Source: a virus
Lineage: Duplodnaviria > Heunggongvirae > Uroviricota > Caudoviricetes
Reading direction: 5' to 3' (one strand)
Length of the DNA: 64,000 nucleotides
IMG/VR virus record: IMGVR_UViG_3300021399_000121
Location: 43,502-107,501 of that record
In this document: in pieces, positions 12,900 through 22,609 of the stretch
How the letters are laid out: every line of letters begins with the position of its first letter
How positions within the stretch are numbered: the stretch's first letter is position 1
Position numbers and translations under genes: made by a program
The notes under the pieces: model-generated
What the model saw: the letters and a program-made list of their open reading frames with translations, nothing else
What the model was told of the DNA's origin: nothing
The model's database searches: none

Positions 12900-13500
12900 G
12901 ATATACTTTATTTTTATTTGCTCATCTTCCAAGAGAAGAAAGAGTTGCGAGAACGTGCGGTAATGCGTTCTCAGAAATGGTCGCTTCGTGCGGCAACATC
13001 GCATCTAAGGAAAGCCTGCGATGGGACGAAAGTCTTGGGCTCCGGACATATACTATAGTTGGTGGTGAGAAACCCAACACAGGGGTTGGAATCCCCTCCT
13101 GATGAACATCATCGTGCGTGACTGAGCTGCTTTAAGGTTGACGTATATGCCTATGGTCCTCCCGCGCAACAAATAAACAAAATGCGAACACGTGGGAAGT
13201 ATGCCCCGGACCAGAGTAAACTGGGAAGAATTAAATTATATTAAAGTGGATTGAATGCCGCAATGTTTAGGAGGGGCAGGTTCAAATCCTGCTTATGCTA
13301 TAAGCATAAAAGTGTCTTGACTGGCGGAATGGCCTAAACTAAGTTGCTGAGAATGTAACCGAGTCTTGCCGCAAGGGCTAAGTTAGTAGAAATAATGCGG
13401 ACGTGTTTTAATAGGTACACGAACAACACCTATTATTTAAAACAATATAGGGTTTACATAAGTAAGCCCTATTTTTTTTATTGTCTTTAAAAAGTTATAG
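12900..13500 (+). ncRNA. Candidate structured ncRNA. The block is ORF-free, GC-elevated and promoter-driven.
   Basis: No ORF of 60 aa or more in any frame. GC is about 50% against a 35% background. It contains a T-arm-like element GCAGGTTCAAATCCTGC and several hairpins. It lies between two promoters. Confidence 0.3.
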
Positions 13501-13527
13501 ACAGCCGCAATTAATCTATGATATAAT
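13498..13527 (+). promoter_or_regulatory. Early promoter of the conserved family (TAGACA, 18-nt spacer, TATGATATAATATATTTATAAAG).
   Basis: TAGACA at 13498-13503 and TATAAT at 13522-13527; AAAGGGAAATATG follows. Confidence 0.6.
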
Positions 13528-13551
13528 ATATTTATAAAGAGAAAGGGAAAT

Positions 13552-13986
13552 ATGAATAAACGTGATTATAGATTTTTTGGATTGGCTCGTCAAGAAGCAT
13601 TGCGATCGTCTTTTGATAGATTCCATCTTGGTTGTGTAATTACTTATAAAGGTCGAGTAATTGGACGCGGCTCTAATTCAGATAAAACAGATCCATTACA
13701 AAAACGATATAACAAAGAGCGTAAATTTAATAAATGCGGCACGCAGCCTATAAAACATAGCGTTCATGCAGAAATTGCCGCACTTAAATCAATTCCTTAT
13801 CCAATCCAAGAGTCAATAGATTGGAGTAAAGTAAAGGTCTATATTTATAGAATCGCTGTTGGGAAAAAATTGCATATGGGACTTGCTCGTCCATGCGCAG
13901 GATGTATGAAAGCATTGCGAGATAAGGGCATTCAAAAAATTCTTTATACAACAAATGACGGTTTTGCATGTGAAAGGATTTTTTAA
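13552..13986 (+). CDS. Zinc-dependent cytidine/dCMP deaminase-fold protein.
   Basis: The motifs HAEIAAL and PCAGCMKAL match the H(A/C)E and PCxxC signature of the CDA fold. Confidence 0.55.
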   Translation: MNKRDYRFFGLARQEALRSSFDRFHLGCVITYKGRVIGRGSNSDKTDPLQKRYNKERKFNKCGTQPIKHSVHAEIAALKSIPYPIQESIDWSKVKVYIYRIAVGKKLHMGLARPCAGCMKALRDKGIQKILYTTNDGFACERIF

Positions 13987-14213
13987 TGACAAAATGGAAG
14001 GAATTTGCAGATATTACTGGCTTAAGCATTATCAGTACTATTGGTGAAGCTGCATGGACAGGATTTTTAGTATCTACTACCAAAAAGATTCCTCATATTG
14101 GAATTCCAGTTGCAGCAATATTAGGAATAACAGGAATGTTAGGTACTTTATGGTTTGCTAATGCTTGGAGATTTGCTTATCAAGATTGGTATAAAGAATA
14201 TTATACTAGGTAA
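13986..14213 (+). CDS. Small membrane protein with two predicted TM helices.
   Basis: ORF track entry; hydrophobic segments LSIISTIGEAAWTGFLV and IPVAAILGITGMLGTLWF. Confidence 0.45.
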   Translation: MTKWKEFADITGLSIISTIGEAAWTGFLVSTTKKIPHIGIPVAAILGITGMLGTLWFANAWRFAYQDWYKEYYTR

Positions 14214-14674
14214 TAAATTTTAGTAGACAGGTGGTATAATTACATGGTATAATATATTTATAATAAAGACCTAGACCGTATTGCTTATTTTTAAGCTAAG
14301 AAGCCAAAAGGTGATGGTTTGCCCTGGTCAGGCTGCAAATATAGGTAATGCCACTTATATTCTAAGACAATTACTATTACGAGAGCGCAGTACGGAACTT
14401 AGTCGGAGAGTGATCGGCACATGGCATTGTGTGGAAAAACGAGGGCGCTTTACCGCATGCTTCGGACTAAGGAAGTTAAAATGAGAGAGGTTCTTCAGGG
14501 TCAAAACCTTATTACTCCGCAGAGTAGACCAGCAGCTTATTGGTCATTAATAATAAAAGCCCTCTTCACTACTGCGGCTCTGGTGATGTTAAGTGCGGTT
14601 GTCCTAAGATTTTAGTGGACGACCGCATTATTTTTATGCTATAATATATTTATGAGGAAGAGAAAGGATATATT

Positions 14675-14956
14675 ATGGCAGAAGGTTATGTACTTGTAAG
14701 AGAATTTCTTGTCTCTGCTTGGGAAAATTGGGACGGGTCAGATAGTAAGTGTCAATACAAAATTATTCATACAACGACTCTGAATAAAGCTCATGCAGAA
14801 GCACTTGAGTTTGCTTTTACTATGCTTGATCCTTATATGAATGAAATTAAACATTATGCTGAGTACATGGCCGCAAATGGTTATGATTATGATGAAGTTC
14901 TTCATAATACAATGCTCAAATGTGCTCATTATGATTTGTGGGAGAAATGTCTATGA
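14675..14956 (+). CDS. Hypothetical 93-aa protein. It ends at a TGA, one of very few TGA stops in this block.
   Basis: ORF track entry; a promoter of the conserved family lies at about 14622-14650. Confidence 0.4.
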   Translation: MAEGYVLVREFLVSAWENWDGSDSKCQYKIIHTTTLNKAHAEALEFAFTMLDPYMNEIKHYAEYMAANGYDYDEVLHNTMLKCAHYDLWEKCL

Positions 14957-15384
14957 GACAGCGGAATATATATTTAGAGAAAATCAATCCTGATATTCAT
15001 AGTTATGGTATTAACTGGAAACATATGGGTTTTCATCCTGTGCGGCGAATACAGGATTTTATACAGCGCCGCAAATGTGGATATGATTATAGAATAACTT
15101 ATAATCTTGACTCTTGGATGATTGAACAACTTTATACTTGGCTTAATATGTATCTTGAAGCTAGTTATAATACTATTGATCTTGAGTATTATAAATTTAA
15201 TATTGATGGTATGGAATTAACTGAGTTAGAAGCTATTGTTTATATTATGGATAGTTTTGAACAATGGCTTGTTTACGTGGATAATATTGATAAACATACA
15301 AGTGATGAAGATTTTGCAATCCAAGAGCAAGTGAAAAAAGCGTTAAAATGTTTGAGCGAAATAATTTTTTGCCTTTGGTGGTAA
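14938..15384 (+). CDS. Hypothetical 148-aa protein.
   Basis: ORF track entry; the start overlaps the upstream gene. Confidence 0.4.
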   Translation: MGEMSMRQRNIYLEKINPDIHSYGINWKHMGFHPVRRIQDFIQRRKCGYDYRITYNLDSWMIEQLYTWLNMYLEASYNTIDLEYYKFNIDGMELTELEAIVYIMDSFEQWLVYVDNIDKHTSDEDFAIQEQVKKALKCLSEIIFCLWW

Positions 15385-15413
15385 AACAGAAAAAATTTTT
15401 TCTTTTATAGATA

Positions 15414-15455
15414 AATGCGGCTGTGGTAAGATTTTTCTTGCCAGCCGCATTTTAT
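15414..15455 (+). terminator. Rho-independent terminator hairpin.
   Basis: AATGCGGCTGTGG...CCAGCCGCATTTTATTT: a GC stem followed by a T-run. Confidence 0.55.
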
Positions 15456-15491
15456 TTATGTTATAATATATTTATAAGAGGAAGGAGAAGT

Positions 15492-15830
15492 ATGGAAAAG
15501 AATGATTATGTAATTTGTTCATGGTGTGGTGTTGATGTCATACCTGATTTTGAATATAATATTATCTATAATGTTACTCATAATGAAGCTGTGGACATAG
15601 CTAAAAAGGCATCTTTAAAGCAAAGTATTGACAAATATGCAGATTTAATTATTCAGGAGACTGAAAGAGAATTACCACTTGATCCTGCGGATGTTTATGA
15701 AACAGTTATTGATGATTTTATTCGATTTGAAGTATGGAAAATTGATTCTAATATTTCAAAAGAAGCATGGGATGAATTTGATTTTGGCCCTGACACTTTT
15801 TGTAATCGTTATTGTGAACGAGTAGCATAA
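15492..15830 (+). CDS. Hypothetical protein. The start was moved to the ATG behind AGGAAGGAGAAGT.
   Basis: ORF 15423..15830 in the same frame; RBS and promoter at about 15455-15480. Confidence 0.45.
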   Translation: MEKNDYVICSWCGVDVIPDFEYNIIYNVTHNEAVDIAKKASLKQSIDKYADLIIQETERELPLDPADVYETVIDDFIRFEVWKIDSNISKEAWDEFDFGPDTFCNRYCERVA

Positions 15831-15840
15831 GGAGAATGTA

Positions 15841-16017
15841 ATGGATTATGAAGATTACGTATGTGGTGATGATCGCATTTATGATTTTGAATCTGATTTG
15901 TTCTCAAATATGGCCACCGCAGAACCCTGGGATATAAATGAGAATGATTGGGTTGATGATAGGGATTATGAAGAGCAATATATTGAAATGATAGATGCTT
16001 ATAACGATCTCTTTTAA
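15841..16017 (+). CDS. Small acidic 58-aa protein.
   Basis: An ATG lies behind GGAGAATGTA; the open frame runs to a TAA. It is absent from the ORF track because it is shorter than 60 aa. Confidence 0.35.
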   Translation: MDYEDYVCGDDRIYDFESDLFSNMATAEPWDINENDWVDDRDYEEQYIEMIDAYNDLF

Positions 16018-16026
16018 GGAGTAATA

Positions 16027-16953
16027 ATGACTAACTGTTTTAAACCTTACCTCCATGTTGAAAGATTGGGAAAAACAGAAGTTGATAATATTCTTTGTGG
16101 TACTGTAAGACTTACAGCAAAACTTGATGGTACTAATGCATCTGTGTGGGCAGACGAAGATGGTCGTATGCGTTATGGCAGTCGTAAACGTGAAATTTCT
16201 ATTGAAGATGATAATGCTGGTTTTGCCGCATGGATGAAATCTGATGCAGAAGAAGCTGCTCTCCTTATTCGTTTTTGTCAAGCTAATCCTCATATGATTG
16301 TTTATGGCGAATGGGGTGTATCTAAAGTAGGTGCAATTAAAAAGTATACTAAGGAAGCTATAAATAAACTTTGGATTTTTGATATTTATTCTCGTGAAGA
16401 AGAACGCTATCTCACTTGGGATGAATTCAATGCCGCACTTATTATGTATGATCTAATTGACTATCGAGTGAAGCTTCTGGCTACTTTGACTAACCCAACA
16501 CTTGAGGATATTATTAAGGTTGCAAATGAAAATACTTTCCTTCTTGAAGGAACTGACACTCTTGGAGAAGGTGTTGTAATTCGTAGAGACAATTATACAA
16601 ATTGCTATGGACGTTATGCTGTAGCAAAATATGTGCGGGAAGACTTTAGACCTGATACTCCAAGAGTAAAGAGAATTGTTCAGGCTGGCGAGATTGAACA
16701 AGATTTTATTAATCGTTATCTAACCCAATCTGAACTTGAGAAAGCTAAAGCTAAAACTGCTCTGGCTTGCGGTGAAGAATATGTTCCTGGTAATGGCAAG
16801 TTTATTGGTATGTTTCTTAATCTGCTCTGGAAAGATACTCTTGAAGAGAATATTGTAGATTTTTGTAAGCGTGCTAAGAATCCTCGAATTGATTTTGCCG
16901 CACTTAATGGTTTGATTAAAGCAGAAGGCCGCAAGTTCTTAGGGTTGATGTAA
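16027..16953 (+). CDS. ATP-dependent polynucleotide ligase of the Rnl2-like nucleotidyltransferase family.
   Basis: Motif I AKLDGTN (KxDGxN), motif III LWIFDIY, motif IV LGEGVVIRR and motif V YAVAKYV are all present. The length, 308 aa, is close to that of T4 Rnl2. Confidence 0.55.
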   Translation: MTNCFKPYLHVERLGKTEVDNILCGTVRLTAKLDGTNASVWADEDGRMRYGSRKREISIEDDNAGFAAWMKSDAEEAALLIRFCQANPHMIVYGEWGVSKVGAIKKYTKEAINKLWIFDIYSREEERYLTWDEFNAALIMYDLIDYRVKLLATLTNPTLEDIIKVANENTFLLEGTDTLGEGVVIRRDNYTNCYGRYAVAKYVREDFRPDTPRVKRIVQAGEIEQDFINRYLTQSELEKAKAKTALACGEEYVPGNGKFIGMFLNLLWKDTLEENIVDFCKRAKNPRIDFAALNGLIKAEGRKFLGLM

Positions 16954-16954
16954 T

Positions 16955-17236
16955 ATGAAGAAAATTTTATTTTCTCTTTTGGGTATTGTATTATGTTTTA
17001 GTGTGTGTGGCTGTGCTGGTTCAAAATTAGAAGCACATACTTCTAATGGCAAATCTTTGGAACACGATAGATTTAGAGTGATTGAAGGAGATTATGGCTC
17101 TGAAGCTATTATAGTTGACACTGAAACAGGTGTTGAATATTTATGGATTACTCCAGCTTATCGTAAAGCAGGATTAACTGTACTTGTTGACCATGATGGT
17201 AAACCATTAATCGCCCCAGGGTATAAGGATTCTTAA
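16955..17236 (+). CDS. Small lipoprotein.
   Basis: Signal peptide MKKILFSLLGIVLCFSVCGC with a lipobox-like FSVC. Confidence 0.45.
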   Translation: MKKILFSLLGIVLCFSVCGCAGSKLEAHTSNGKSLEHDRFRVIEGDYGSEAIIVDTETGVEYLWITPAYRKAGLTVLVDHDGKPLIAPGYKDS

Positions 17237-17362
17237 TGGATATATATAAAGTAGTATATGATGATGATCTTTGTTATCATTATGTATCATGGTTTTTTGA
17301 TTTGGATACTGCTAAAAAGTGGTGTAAGATAAATAACCATAATTGGATGCGATGGCATATAT

Positions 17363-17695
17363 ATGATAAGAGAGGACATGAAAAACATGGTGGATGTAAT
17401 GGACCATCTTACTTTGGAACGTAAAGAAATTCCTGTATATGTAGAAAATCTTTATAAATGGACACCGAAACCTGCTATATTAAAACGGGATATTTGCTGG
17501 GACATTCCAGTTTTAGAAGAGTTAGATTGTCCTTATTGTGGCAATAAAGATGGCGTTGATCTTTATTATGATAAAGATATATTTATTTATGTTGATCCAA
17601 AGGGATATCTGCGGTTTGGTACTCCTGATGGTGTAGGTAAAACTGAAATTCAGTTTTGTCCTATGTGTGGTAGACAATTAATAGGTGATAACTAA
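17363..17695 (+). CDS. Zinc-ribbon protein (CPYCG ... CPMCG).
   Basis: ORF track entry; two CxxC pairs. Confidence 0.4.
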   Translation: MIREDMKNMVDVMDHLTLERKEIPVYVENLYKWTPKPAILKRDICWDIPVLEELDCPYCGNKDGVDLYYDKDIFIYVDPKGYLRFGTPDGVGKTEIQFCPMCGRQLIGDN

Positions 17696-17985
17696 TGTGT
17701 GATATTGATAAAATATGGCCTAGTTATGAAGATGGCAGTAAAGTCCATGTTGGTGATTATATTTACTTTGAAAAAGAAGATACTGTTGGTTTAGTTACCG
17801 CTATTAGTTTTACAAAAAATAGTTTTCAAAAATATGTTGTCGATATAGATTATGAATGTAAAGGTCATTGGCATTGTGTCTATAAGACTTATGAAGAAAA
17901 ATATGTATATAAAGATGTTTCAGAAGTACCTGCTTATGCTGATGTTTTAGCACTACATAATTTTAAACGACCTCCTATGAAATAA
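17695..17985 (+). CDS. Hypothetical 96-aa protein.
   Basis: ORF track entry; start overlaps the upstream stop. Confidence 0.4.
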   Translation: MCDIDKIWPSYEDGSKVHVGDYIYFEKEDTVGLVTAISFTKNSFQKYVVDIDYECKGHWHCVYKTYEEKYVYKDVSEVPAYADVLALHNFKRPPMK

Positions 17986-18002
17986 TTATTGTTCTTATAA
18001 TA

Positions 18003-18030
18003 AGGTAGCTCTTGTCAGCTACCTTATTTT
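18003..18030 (+). terminator. Rho-independent terminator.
   Basis: GGTAGCTCTTGTCAGCTACC followed by TTATTTTTAT. Confidence 0.5.
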
Positions 18031-18067
18031 TATGTTATAATATTTTTATAAGGAAAGGGGAAATAGT

Positions 18068-18238
18068 ATGTCCAAAAAGAAGTATCATGGGTCTATTACT
18101 ATTGACCCTAAAATTATTTGGAATGCACAAAAGCCGCATTATAATGGTTGGATGTGCGGACATGGTGCGCATGGAAAAAACAAGTATAGCCGCAAACAAA
18201 AATATAAAACTGATTGGAGAAATTATGACCGAGATTAA
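18068..18238 (+). CDS. Small basic 56-aa protein.
   Basis: A conserved promoter at about 18030-18055 and the RBS AAGGGGAAATAGT precede ATG 18068. The ORF track instead shows a different out-of-frame start at 18012. Confidence 0.4.
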   Translation: MSKKKYHGSITIDPKIIWNAQKPHYNGWMCGHGAHGKNKYSRKQKYKTDWRNYDRD

Positions 18239-18581
18239 TCTTCTTGAAGAGACTGAGCGTGCTTTAATTTCTCATTATAAAACTTGGGATGATATTGCCT
18301 GGATTGGTGGGTATGATTTTTATATTAGTGTTGAACAATTTAAAGAAGCCGCAAAAGATACTAATTATGATGCTGGGTACGGTAGTGAAGAAGTTGCAAT
18401 AGATTTAGTTATTTGTTTTTATAATGGATCATGGCTATCTCGTGGATCTTATGATGGAAGTGAGTGGTGGGAATATAACGAATTTCCATCTAAGCCGCGA
18501 ACAAAATTTGAGGGTAGTGTTAAGTTAGCTGATCCTTGTGGGTACGATGCTTGGGAAGGTTTAAAGGGACTTAATAAATAA
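18224..18581 (+). CDS. Hypothetical protein (MTEINLLEE...).
   Basis: Internal ATG of ORF 18012..18581; overlaps the upstream gene in the ATGA arrangement. Confidence 0.4.
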
Positions 18582-18590
18582 GGAGTAATC

Positions 18591-19868
18591 ATGTCTTGGA
18601 ATCCTGTTTTAAATATGTTCATTGAAATAAAGAATGAATTTATTAAGGAGTGCGGCAAGGATGCTTTGTGGCAGTATGGCCGCGAGGATTCCTTTACTAA
18701 TTGTCTTTCCTATTGGGTGTGGACTCTTGGAAATCATGGTCATCCTAAGCGTCATTATTATTCTAAGGTGATTGAGCCTTTGCTTCTCAATGAGAGTATG
18801 GGTATGTTGCTTATTAAGTATAATGATCTTGGCATTGATTGGAATGCTTATGATGGTTTCTATCGTGAATGTCGGTCTGTTGTAATCGATGTACTTAATG
18901 ATTGTTTGGTTCTTACTCCTTTCCGTAAATTCTTTAATATTAATGAGCTTGAAGAAACTCAACTTCATGTTGTCCAAGAGAAGATAGATAATGCATCTAG
19001 GATAGAAATTACTGACAAGATTGATGGAAGTATGTGCGGTGCTCGTTGGTATCGCAAGGATCTTGTTATGTCTGGTTCTCAAGCTCTTGATATTAGTAAA
19101 TCTTATCGTTTGGAAAATTACTATCATTGGATGCATCAGCATGAAAATGCAGTACAAATGCTCAAAGATTATGATAATTTCACTTTTATTTTTGAAGGAG
19201 TTTTTCCTGATGATGTCCATATAGTACAGTATGACGAACAAATGTTCGGCTTGCATCTTCTTGGAATGCGGCGAGTAGAGGATGGCGTAGAATTACCTTA
19301 TAAGGATGTTGTAGAAATTGCAGAAAAGTATGATGTGCCGCATGTCAAAATTTTTGATATGACTTTTGAAGAGGCTTATCAGGATGCCCTTAATGATGGT
19401 CGTAAGGCCAATGAGGGCGAAGGGTATGTCATTGACATAGATGGTCAGAAGTATAAGCTCAAGTATAATGATTATGTTATGCTTCATCATGCTCTTTGTA
19501 AGATGGTTTCTCCTAATGCTATAATTGCAGCTATCCGTGAAGGCCGTTGGGATGATTTCTATTCAAAGATTCCTGTTGCATATCAACCGCAAGCTAAGGA
19601 AAAGGCTGATAATGTTTATAAATACGTACAAATGTTCGATGAACGTGTTATAAAGTGGTATAACCTCACTCGTGATTTTGTAGATTATACTAACGATCGC
19701 AAGACCTTTATGATTGCTGTTGATAAAGTTGTACCTAAGCAATATCAAGGGTCGGTACGTGCTAAGTTCTTAGGTCAAAAAATCGATTATTTCCGTGGTG
19801 TTAAGTACGGAGATATGATTGATTATATCGAGTTAATGCAGACTTTAACTTTAAATATTAAGGCTTGA
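18591..19868 (+). CDS. Second nucleotidyltransferase ligase, Rnl1-like. It ends at a TGA.
   Basis: Motif I KIDGSM (compare T4 Rnl1 KEDGSL), motif IV EGYVIDIDG and motif V KLKYNDYV. Confidence 0.45.
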   Translation: MSWNPVLNMFIEIKNEFIKECGKDALWQYGREDSFTNCLSYWVWTLGNHGHPKRHYYSKVIEPLLLNESMGMLLIKYNDLGIDWNAYDGFYRECRSVVIDVLNDCLVLTPFRKFFNINELEETQLHVVQEKIDNASRIEITDKIDGSMCGARWYRKDLVMSGSQALDISKSYRLENYYHWMHQHENAVQMLKDYDNFTFIFEGVFPDDVHIVQYDEQMFGLHLLGMRRVEDGVELPYKDVVEIAEKYDVPHVKIFDMTFEEAYQDALNDGRKANEGEGYVIDIDGQKYKLKYNDYVMLHHALCKMVSPNAIIAAIREGRWDDFYSKIPVAYQPQAKEKADNVYKYVQMFDERVIKWYNLTRDFVDYTNDRKTFMIAVDKVVPKQYQGSVRAKFLGQKIDYFRGVKYGDMIDYIELMQTLTLNIKA

Positions 19869-19937
19869 GAATGAAATTCTTTATTGACACCTGCATGTTA
19901 AATATGCTATAATATTATTATAAGAAAGGAGAGATAT

Positions 19938-20432
19938 ATGACTCAATGTGATGAAGCTATCCGTCGTCAGTTGCGTAAGCCTACTGTGTATATTATGTGC
20001 GGCGTGCCTGGTTCTGGCAAGACATATTTTTGTAAGAACGTATTGATGGATCATCCTTGGCGTAGTCGAGTCTATATCTCTTCTGATGATATTCGTGAAG
20101 AGCTTTATGGTGATGCTAGTAATCAATCTCTTAATGGTATCGTTTTTGATATTTTTTATGAGCGTGCTCGTGAAGCTATCAAAAATGGTAGTGACGTAAT
20201 TCTTGATGCAACGCATCTGACTAAGAAATCTCGTCGCAAATGCCGCAATCATTTTAAAGATTTGGATTGTAAGTTTATTGTGGTTCAGATGAATACATCG
20301 ATATTGGATGCGGTTTATCGTAATAAGAAACGTGACAGGGTTGTCCCTGCTGATGCGATGAATCGCATGATTGAAGTATATCAGCCTGTTGAAGATAGCG
20401 AAGGTTTTGATTATATCTGGAAGGTAGATTAA
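19938..20432 (+). CDS. P-loop polynucleotide-kinase-like protein.
   Basis: Walker A GVPGSGKT lies near the N-terminus of a 164-aa protein. It is adjacent to a phosphoesterase and two ligases. Confidence 0.5.
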   Translation: MTQCDEAIRRQLRKPTVYIMCGVPGSGKTYFCKNVLMDHPWRSRVYISSDDIREELYGDASNQSLNGIVFDIFYERAREAIKNGSDVILDATHLTKKSRRKCRNHFKDLDCKFIVVQMNTSILDAVYRNKKRDRVVPADAMNRMIEVYQPVEDSEGFDYIWKVD

Positions 20433-20992
20433 TGATTTATCTAAGCTCAGATTTACATTTTGGACATGACCGTGGTTTTATCTATGAGCCGCGAGGATTT
20501 TCTAGTATCCAGGAGCATGATGAAGCAATCATTGAAAGATTTAATAGCGTTGTGCGGCCTGATGATGATCTCTATCTCTTGGGTGATCAAATGCTTGGTG
20601 ATAATGAACATGGTTTAGATTGTTTGCTACGGCTTAATGGTAAACTTCATATTCTTTGGGGTAACCATTGTACTAATGTGCGTAAAGAATTATATTATAC
20701 TCTTTCTAATGTTGTAGAGACTCTTGGATATGCGGGAATACTTAAATATAAAAAGTGGAGGTTTTATCTTTCGCATTATCCTACTATTACGGATAACCTT
20801 AATGATGTGTCTAAGCCTTGGGAACAAGTAAAATGTCTTTATGGACATACTCATCAAAAGACTAATTTCTATAGTGATAATCCTTTGCTTTATCATGTAG
20901 GCGTGGATAGTCATAATTGTTATCCTGTAAGTATTGATCAAATCATTGAAAATATTCAAGCTAAGTTTTTAGAATGTAAACAGATGCTTTAA
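20432..20992 (+). CDS. Calcineurin-like metallophosphoesterase.
   Basis: Motifs DLHFGHD, LGDQ and GNHC are present. The start overlaps the upstream stop. Confidence 0.6.
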   Translation: MIYLSSDLHFGHDRGFIYEPRGFSSIQEHDEAIIERFNSVVRPDDDLYLLGDQMLGDNEHGLDCLLRLNGKLHILWGNHCTNVRKELYYTLSNVVETLGYAGILKYKKWRFYLSHYPTITDNLNDVSKPWEQVKCLYGHTHQKTNFYSDNPLLYHVGVDSHNCYPVSIDQIIENIQAKFLECKQML

Positions 20993-21128
20993 AATTTTTG
21001 TTGACGGCAGTTTAAAAAATATGTTATAATATATTTATCAAAAGGGGATAAAAAAGGTTTTTTGGTTTTTATATAAAATGAAAGTTTTATCCCCTTTAAA
21101 AAAATCTTACGATTGTTAAAAGTTTTTA

Positions 21129-21159
21129 TTGACAATTGAAAAGAAAATATGATATAATA
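21129..21159 (+). promoter_or_regulatory. Strong sigma70 promoter firing into the 1.4-kb ORF-free block upstream of the tRNA array.
   Basis: TTGACA at 21129-21134 and TATGATATAAT ending at 21159. Confidence 0.55.
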
Positions 21160-21165
21160 AATATG

Positions 21166-22600
21166 TAAGGTTGAGAGAGTTAATAAGGTGCTTCTAAAGA
21201 AGAAACACAATATTAGGTTTCTTAACCTAATAACCTTGAAAACAGAATAGTTGAAGATTTAGGTGCAACTCAGTGCAGAGCGGTGTCAACGTGCTGAGGG
21301 TTCTTCTCAATGAGTTGAGACTCCTGAAGGATACTTCCGCAGTCAAGCTTTAAGGTGAATCGTGAGGTTTACTTTAGAAGGTAGGAACTACCAACAAAAT
21401 GAAGAATGCGCTTAGTCTATTTGCTAAGGAAAGATACTTGTAAATTGTCGTCTCCGCAATAGACGCCCCAGTGGGGAAGAATCCAGAACACTTATTAACA
21501 GGTGGTGCTGAATAAGAAAAAGCTGGAAATACCAATAAGGAGATTGAGCTGTTGACTCTCTGGTAACAGAGGGAATAAGACAAGGGCAAGGTTCGAGTAG
21601 CACAAAGCAGCTCCTTATATTAATGAATATTAGGAGAATATATTAATGCTGAAAGACGTGTGAAAGTTGTGGGTAATCATTCCTACGGTAGAGATGGCCT
21701 TAACGGCTGGGGTAAGAAGTATGACGGTCGCTCCGATATACTCAGCCTTATCTCCTACATGATCGAATATCCAGTAAATAGATGCGGTACAGTGAAGACT
21801 GGCATGTATATCTTCAACTATTCTGTTTGAAGGAATTGACGTAATAGTTCGTTCGCGTCATTAAATAAAACGGCATCCTGGTTAGGCAGGTTTATAAAAG
21901 AGAGTAGCCTAACATGCTCTCTAGTGTGATTTAGTGTATACAGAGTAAGGCTTTTTATTGCTGATTGGCCCGCTGCGTACTTCTTGACATGGTTAAAAAC
22001 CGCAGAAAAGAATTCAGCAACCCGGAAGATTGGTCTAAGACTGTGCTAGGAAAAGGCTAAAAAGACTAGTTACGTAACTGGTATGCGGACACCGCTCGGT
22101 AGAGAAAGTCCGCAACGTAGCTTAAAGGGCTGAGATAACTGCTAAACAGTTTATGCCTTAGAGGGCATTTATAAAAAATGCTTTCTTAGGTATATTTAAT
22201 GCCAGTGTAGTGAGAATCGACTACACTATAAAATAAAATCATGATTCTCTGGTTTTGAAATCACCTGAACCAAAAAGAATTTCTGTTTTTATGTGTTTGA
22301 ACGAAATCAAGTACATCCCGCGCAAGATAGGGTGATGATCTTGCCGCAAGTCTATGCGTAAAGTAAAGATCGCTTGTAGGTTAAGAGCGTCAGAACCTTC
22401 TGTAGTTTATACTTTCTCTACGATAAGGGTGGTGCCTATGAAAGTATCTTCTCTTGGAGGATATACCTATATATCTAAAAATCATATCAGCCATAACGGG
22501 TATATCTTCCAAAAGGAGTAATCCTATTGTCGTTGCGAGCATGCCGATAAGACGTTAAACTATTTCGTATGCGGTGGTCGTGTTACACCTTACCCAACAC
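21166..22600 (+). ncRNA. Candidate large structured ncRNA of the GOLLD/ROOL class by genomic context.
   Basis: About 1.4 kb with no ORF longer than about 70 aa in six frames. GC is about 45-50%. A consensus promoter lies directly upstream and the 17-tRNA array directly downstream. Confidence 0.35.
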
Positions 22601-22609
22601 TTTTATTTT

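Noticed and set aside
21166-22600. RNase P RNA or tmRNA in the large ORF-free block
   Set aside because: Only a weak GAAAGTCCG-like match (about 22100); there are no tmRNA tag-peptide or tRNA-like end signatures and no P4-type pairing, so it is left as an unclassified ncRNA candidate.
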